Below are positions 27,160-32,000 of a DNA stretch of 32,000 bases, piece by piece. The notes beneath the pieces are model-generated. The model was not told the origin of the DNA and searched no databases. It saw nothing but the letters and a program-made list of their open reading frames with translations. The translations under genes were made by a program, and so were the position numbers. The stretch comes from Xylella taiwanensis (GTDB lineage: Bacteria > Pseudomonadota > Gammaproteobacteria > Xanthomonadales > Xanthomonadaceae), in NCBI RefSeq assembly GCF_013177435.1, contig NZ_CP053627.1:330001-362000 (forward strand). Reading direction: 5' to 3'. How positions within the stretch are numbered: the stretch's first letter is position 1; each line of letters opens with the position of its first letter.

Positions 27160-28010
27160 TGATAGCTATGTAGGTGACAGATCAAGATTGTAGATGGTTA
27201 TGCCGGCCACGGTGGCAGGCGTCGGTAGATGGCACGGCGTGATATCAAATGGACTTAATTTATACGAATCACATGCATTTTTGATGTCATCAAGATGTGC
27301 ATTTGCACGTGTGGTGGAAAGAAACGATTCATCGTCCAAGTGGTGCGTATCAGCATGATGCATGTTGAAAAATGCTTATCCGATATGCCTTCGGTGGATG
27401 CAAGTTTTTCCATAGATTAAATGCGAATTGAAAGCTTTGCGGAGTGCCCACATTTGCAGGACGGCATGAATGGGTATGTTGATGGGCGTGTCGTTTGCTA
27501 TTCCATACAAAATTCGGTGAATGCGTTCAATCATTGTTTTTGTTGATACCGCGTTACGGATGCGGGAACTGCGATGCAAGAGATCTTTGGTATTCCAATG
27601 ACATAGCGATATATCGACATGGAAAGAGAATATCTTTATTGATGCATATTGAAATATGCAGATGATCAATGTGTTACTGCAAAAAATCTATTCCGATGGA
27701 ATTACATTTCCATATTGTATTTCAGATACATCAAGCACCCTTACCTAAATTGGTATTCCAAGTTTGGATGGCTGCTTATTGTTTGAGAAGGTAATGTAAT
27801 GAAATTTTTGAAATAGCAACCAGAATGCATTTAAATAATCGTTAAGATTTAAAAAAATAAAAATCAAGAATGGTAAAAAATTTCAGGAGATAAGGTAGTA
27901 GATAATGTAATCATCAAGAGGAAGAAAACACTATCTACGTTGATGCTTCGTTCGAAATGGATTTTCATCTCGCCCATGTTGACTGACTTGATGATGAGTC
28001 TTTTTCTGCT
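27160..28010. other. Low-GC (AT-rich) non-coding island between fadD/rpfB and acnA
   Basis: Hand counts give 16/60 G+C for 27781-27840 and 13/60 for 27841-27900, against low-50s % elsewhere. Only short ORFs with unrecognisable products are present, and there are several A/T runs. Confidence 0.8.
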
Positions 28011-28321
28011 CTAGGCAAGTATGGGTTCAGTCGATTTTTGACCTTCTTGGATTGCACTGTTCGACCGGAGGCGTTTTAAGGTACTGATACTCCACGTTGA
28101 CGATGTTGACGCGATATCCCGTATTCCCACTGGTGTACCCAGGGTAGAAGGGTAGAGGATGTTGCCCGGTGACACGTGTGGTCGGTTGATATCTCCAAGG
28201 ATTGGTTGGTACCAGAGCGATCGCCACCACCGCTTTGCCAGCATGTGCGAACTTCTTGCTTCAGAAAGGAGAACGCACATGCAGAGGTGGTAGCGTTGCT
28301 GGTAAAGCGCTGGTGCCTGGC

Positions 28322-31063
28322 TCAAGCGGGCTTGCGTGTGTTCAGCAGATGGCGTAGCACGTACTGGAGCAGTCCGCCGTGTTTGAAATAGTCCACTTCT
28401 TTGGGGGTGAGCAACAGCACCTTGACTTGAAACTGTTGGATGCGGCCATCGGAGTGCTTTGCGCTTACTGTAGCGTGCTTGCTGATCGCATTTTCCAAAC
28501 CAGTGACATCGAACATTTCCGAGCCATCCAGACCCAGTGTCTGCGCGTTCTCGCCGTCGAGAAATTGCAGTGGCAGTATGCCCATGCCGACTAGATTGGA
28601 GCGGTGGATACGCTCGAAGCTCTCAGCGATCACTGCTTTGATGCCAAGAAGTTTGGTTCCCTTAGCCGCCCAGTCGCGTGAAGAGCCCGTGCCGTACTCC
28701 TTACCGGCGATGACCACCAGGGGCACACCGTCGGTTTTGTACTTCATGGCGGCGTCATAGATCGACAGTTTCTCGCGTTGCCCGCCGGCTTTGGGTTGGT
28801 ACCATGTGTTCCCACCTTCTTCGCCGTTGAGCATGAGGTTTTTGAGACGGATGTTGGCGAAGGTGCCGCGTACCATGACATCGTCATTGCCACGGCGGCT
28901 GCCGTAGCTGTTGAAGTCCACAGGCTGTACGCCTTGTTCCTGCAGGAAGCGTCCGGCGGGGGAATCCTGTTTGATGTTGCCGGCTGGGGAGATGTGGTCG
29001 GTAGTGATCGAATCGGCGAACAAGCCAAGCACGCGCGCACCACGAACGTCCTCGACACGGCCTGTTTGCATCGTCATGTCGTCGAAGTAGGGCGGGTTTT
29101 TGATGTAGGTTGAGCGTGGGTCCCAGGCGTACAATTCACCATCCGGTGATGCGATTGTGTTCCAGCGGCTGTCCCCTTTGAACACGTCGGTGTAGTTCTT
29201 TTTGAACATGTCCGGGCCGATCGTGGTGGCGATCGCATCTCCAATCTGTTTGTTGCTTGGCCAAATGTCGCGCAGGTAAACCGGTTGTCCATCCTTGCCA
29301 TGGCCCAATGGCTCGGAGGTGAGATCGATATTGACCGTGCCTGCGATGGCATAGGCCACGACCAGTGCTGGACTGGCCAGATAGTTCATTTTGACTTCCG
29401 GATGGATGCGGCCTTCGAAGTTGCGGTTTCCCGATAGTACCGAGGCGGCTACCAGGTCGCCGTGAGCGATGCCCGCACTTACTTCTTGCGGTAGCGGGCC
29501 GGAATTTCCGATACAAGTGGTGCAGCCGTAGCCAACCACGTAGAAGCCGAGTTTCTCCAGATCGCTGAGCAGGCCGGCCTGCTCCAGGTAGTCGGTGACG
29601 ACGCGTGAACCGGGGCCAAGGGAGGTTTTGACCCAGGGTTGGCGATGGAGTCCCTTGGCAACGGCATTGCGTGCCAGAAGGCCAGCACCGAACATGACGG
29701 CCGGGTTGGAGGTGTTGGTGCAGGAAGTGATCGCTGCGATGACGACCGCGCCATCCTTGAGTTGCAGTGGCTGTCCGTTGAGCTTGATATCGGCTTGTCC
29801 CTTGATGCCTGGTTTGTTGTTAGCCGTGACGCTGTCACTTTCTTTGGCGGCGGTGCGGTGTGTGGTGAGTGCCCCAAGATGTTCGTGGTAGTTATTTTGC
29901 ATGTCCTGCAGCAGCACACGGTCTTGGGGACGCTTGGGGCCGGCCAACGAGGGTTTGACTGCATCCATGTTGAGCTCCAGCGTGGTGCTGTAACAGGGAT
30001 GCGGCGCGTTTGGGGTGTACCACAGCCCCTGTGCTTTTGCGTAGGCTTCAACCAGTGCGATCTGCGATTCGCTGCGCCCTGACAGGCGTAGGTAATTCAA
30101 TGATTCTGTGTCGATCGGGAAGATACCGCAGGTGGCACCATATTCTGGCGCCATGTTGCCGATGGTGGCCCGATCGGCGAGTGGCAGATGCTCCAGACCA
30201 TCGCCGTAGAACTCGACAAATTTGCCGACCACACCGAGCTTCCGCAGCATCTGGGTGATGGTCAGCACCAGATCGGTGGCAGTGGCACCCTCGGGGAGTT
30301 TGCCAGTGAGTTTGAAGCCGACTACTTGCGGTATCAACATCGAGGAAGGCTGACCCAGCATCGCGGCCTCGGCTTCGATACCACCGACGCCCCAACCGAG
30401 TACACCGATGCCGTTGATCATGGTGGTATGGCTATCGGTACCGAACACGGTGTCTGGATACGCCCAGGTGGCGCCGTCCTTCGTGGCGGTCATGACCACG
30501 CGTGCGAGGTGTTCCAAGTTGACTTGGTGGACGATCCCGGTATTTGGCGGGACGACCTTGAAGTTGTTGAATGCTTTCTGGCCCCAACGCAAGAAACCGT
30601 AACGTTCTTTGTTGCGCTGGAACTCGATGTTGCCGTTAAGGTCCAGTGCCTCTGGCTTGCCGAACACGTCGACTTGTACAGAGTGATCGATGACAAGTTC
30701 CGCGGGGATTTGCGGGTTGATCTGCTGCGGTTGACCACCGAGCTTGACGGCCGCATCGCGCATTGCTGCCAAGTCGACCACACAGGGAACACCAGTGAAG
30801 TCCTGCAACACCACACGAGCTGGCATGAATGCGATTTCAGTGTCTGGCTCGGCCTTTGGATTCCACTTGGCGACTGCTTCGATATGCGCAGTACTGACGG
30901 TGACGCCGTCATCCTCATGGCGGAGCAGATTCTCCAGCAAGATCTTCATCGAGTAAGGAAGGTGCGAGATGTCGCAGCGCTCACCTAGTTTGGCAAGGCT
31001 GTAGTAGTGGTAGGACTGGTTTCCGACGTGTAGTTGACTATGAGTGGAGAACGCATCGCGCAT
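28322..31063 (-). CDS. acnA: Aconitate hydratase A (the RpfA-type aconitase of xanthomonads)
   Basis: The protein is 913 aa. The Fe-S ligand contexts SCTNTSNP and GCTTCIGNSG are present, along with the N-terminal SLAKLGERCDISHLPYSMKILLENLLR and DHSVQVD. AAGGAA lies upstream of the ATG. Confidence 0.95.
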   Translation of the reverse strand: MRDAFSTHSQLHVGNQSYHYYSLAKLGERCDISHLPYSMKILLENLLRHEDDGVTVSTAHIEAVAKWNPKAEPDTEIAFMPARVVLQDFTGVPCVVDLAAMRDAAVKLGGQPQQINPQIPAELVIDHSVQVDVFGKPEALDLNGNIEFQRNKERYGFLRWGQKAFNNFKVVPPNTGIVHQVNLEHLARVVMTATKDGATWAYPDTVFGTDSHTTMINGIGVLGWGVGGIEAEAAMLGQPSSMLIPQVVGFKLTGKLPEGATATDLVLTITQMLRKLGVVGKFVEFYGDGLEHLPLADRATIGNMAPEYGATCGIFPIDTESLNYLRLSGRSESQIALVEAYAKAQGLWYTPNAPHPCYSTTLELNMDAVKPSLAGPKRPQDRVLLQDMQNNYHEHLGALTTHRTAAKESDSVTANNKPGIKGQADIKLNGQPLQLKDGAVVIAAITSCTNTSNPAVMFGAGLLARNAVAKGLHRQPWVKTSLGPGSRVVTDYLEQAGLLSDLEKLGFYVVGYGCTTCIGNSGPLPQEVSAGIAHGDLVAASVLSGNRNFEGRIHPEVKMNYLASPALVVAYAIAGTVNIDLTSEPLGHGKDGQPVYLRDIWPSNKQIGDAIATTIGPDMFKKNYTDVFKGDSRWNTIASPDGELYAWDPRSTYIKNPPYFDDMTMQTGRVEDVRGARVLGLFADSITTDHISPAGNIKQDSPAGRFLQEQGVQPVDFNSYGSRRGNDDVMVRGTFANIRLKNLMLNGEEGGNTWYQPKAGGQREKLSIYDAAMKYKTDGVPLVVIAGKEYGTGSSRDWAAKGTKLLGIKAVIAESFERIHRSNLVGMGILPLQFLDGENAQTLGLDGSEMFDVTGLENAISKHATVSAKHSDGRIQQFQVKVLLLTPKEVDYFKHGGLLQYVLRHLLNTRKPA

Positions 31064-31263
31064 TGAGATGATTCCTTGCGTTTAGATGGCTTGCATTGGT
31101 AGCGCTGCTGAACGTTGCCGGCTTGCAGTGCCTCTGGATTGGTGTTGATTGGAGTTTGCAGTGCTTAGGTATACGTTAAGACTACACCTCAGCATGTGTC
31201 ATTGATGTCACTGCGCAGGTCCGTGCCGACCTGTGACCGGGAATCTTGAGGTCTAGATGAGTT

Positions 31264-31301
31264 TTGGTATGTGAAAACAGGTATGTATAATCGCCGCATA
31301 C
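31264..31301 (+). promoter_or_regulatory. Sigma70-type promoter with candidate antitoxin operator repeats
   Basis: TTGGTA (31264-31269)-N16-TATAAT (31286-31291). GGTATGT is directly repeated at 31266-31272 and 31280-31286. An inverted GCATAC half-site lies at 31296-31301, so the repeats bracket the -10 element. Confidence 0.45.
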
Positions 31302-31319
31302 TTGACGGGGTTCATCATC

Positions 31320-31559
31320 ATGGAAGCGACTGTTGCCGAGCGTGGTCAAATTACTCTGCCTAAGCGAGTGCGCGATGCGCTTGGTTTGACCAAGGGCACG
31401 CTGTTGAAGGTCGAGTTGGACGGTGCCCGGATCATTCTGCGTAAGAGTGTGGATGATGCAATCGCGCGCGCGCGCGGCAGATTCGTGCTGGACGACTTCG
31501 GCTCCAGTGGCCAGACGGTGCATTGCAGCAGCACAGCCACGAAGACGGACAAGCGGTGA
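31320..31559 (+). CDS. vapB: AbrB/MazE/SpoVT-fold antitoxin (VapB-type)
   Basis: ERGQITLPKRVRDALGLTKGTLLKVELDGARIILRK is the swapped-hairpin DNA-binding motif. The protein is 79 aa, and its stop lies 1 nt before the toxin start. Confidence 0.8.
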   Translation: MEATVAERGQITLPKRVRDALGLTKGTLLKVELDGARIILRKSVDDAIARARGRFVLDDFGSSGQTVHCSSTATKTDKR

Positions 31560-31560
31560 G

Positions 31561-31962
31561 GTGGTGATTGCGGTCGATTTCCCCGTCATGGTTGAATTGC
31601 TTGCTGACCGGTCGCAGGCCGATGCGGTTGAGGCTGCGTTGCGCCAAGGTTTGCTCGGTGGCCGGGTTGTGGTGTGCGATGTGGTACTGGCTGAGATCAG
31701 TGCTGTGTTGCGGGACGGCGCTGAGGTGCTGGGAGTGCTTGAGGAGATGGGGGTACACTTCCATCCATTAGAAGCTAAAGCAGCGTTGCGCGCCGGCGAG
31801 ATGTACCGGCGCTATCGTCAGCGCGGTGCCAGCGGGCACGACATTAAAGATTTTCTGGTGGGCGCGCATGCGTTGTTGCAGTGCGACGGTCTGATGACTT
31901 GGAACGATACGTTTTATCGTGACTACTTCAAGGGTATGAAGCTGATCGTGCCACGCGCTTGA
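31561..31962 (+). CDS. vapC: PIN-domain ribonuclease toxin (VapC-type)
   Basis: The start is a GTG. The N-terminal VIAVDFPV contains the first conserved Asp. Acidic residues follow in LAEISAVL, DFLVGAHAL and MTWNDTFY with the usual PIN spacing. The protein is 133 aa. Confidence 0.8.
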   Translation: MVIAVDFPVMVELLADRSQADAVEAALRQGLLGGRVVVCDVVLAEISAVLRDGAEVLGVLEEMGVHFHPLEAKAALRAGEMYRRYRQRGASGHDIKDFLVGAHALLQCDGLMTWNDTFYRDYFKGMKLIVPRA

Positions 31963-32000
31963 GCGTCTCCATCCACTGTTGTCCATCCTATATTCATGCG

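Noticed and set aside
28027-28230. 67-aa and overlapping 104-aa minus-strand ORFs just downstream of acnA (…RYQPTTRVTGQHPLPFYPGYTSGNTGYRVNIVNVEYQY…)
   Set aside because: This could be a fragment of a small envelope protein. However, the two frames overlap, there is no clear start or signal peptide, and I cannot assign a family.
31182-31589. 135-aa minus-strand ORF
   Set aside because: It is antisense to the vapB antitoxin and its promoter, and has no recognisable features.

Overview
The window reads as a chromosomal segment of a Xanthomonadaceae genome. The protein set supports this: PPi-type PfkA, Adk, Mpl, RarD, an M17 aminopeptidase, HtrA, and FadD/RpfB next to AcnA/RpfA. GC is in the low 50s by eye, coding density is low and several genes are decayed, so Xylella rather than Xanthomonas is my inference (no search was possible). 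I support 21 intact CDSs. I also call two clear pseudogenes: an N6-adenine DNA methyltransferase and an IS5-family transposase. A third decayed element is a duplicated fragment of the htrA 3' end. There is one perfect 8-bp x 8 tandem repeat and a vapBC-type toxin-antitoxin pair with its promoter and operator repeats. I recognise no rRNA, tRNA or CRISPR array. The most unusual structure is at the htrA 3' end. The last codons and the stop codon are supplied by the octamer microsatellite, which sits at the junction with a diverged ~125-bp duplicate of the gene end. Other points worth a second look:
- Extreme G+T strand asymmetry in the long non-coding stretches.
- A ~25% GC island between rpfB and acnA.
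- A 1.35-kb ORF-free tract where Xanthomonas carries rpfF.
- A DedA-PAP2-like fusion with degenerate phosphatase motifs, divergently paired with a minimal and possibly leaderless kinase.
- A sigma32-like promoter in front of htrA.
I cannot show a complete novel multi-gene system in this window. The candidates below are hypotheses.
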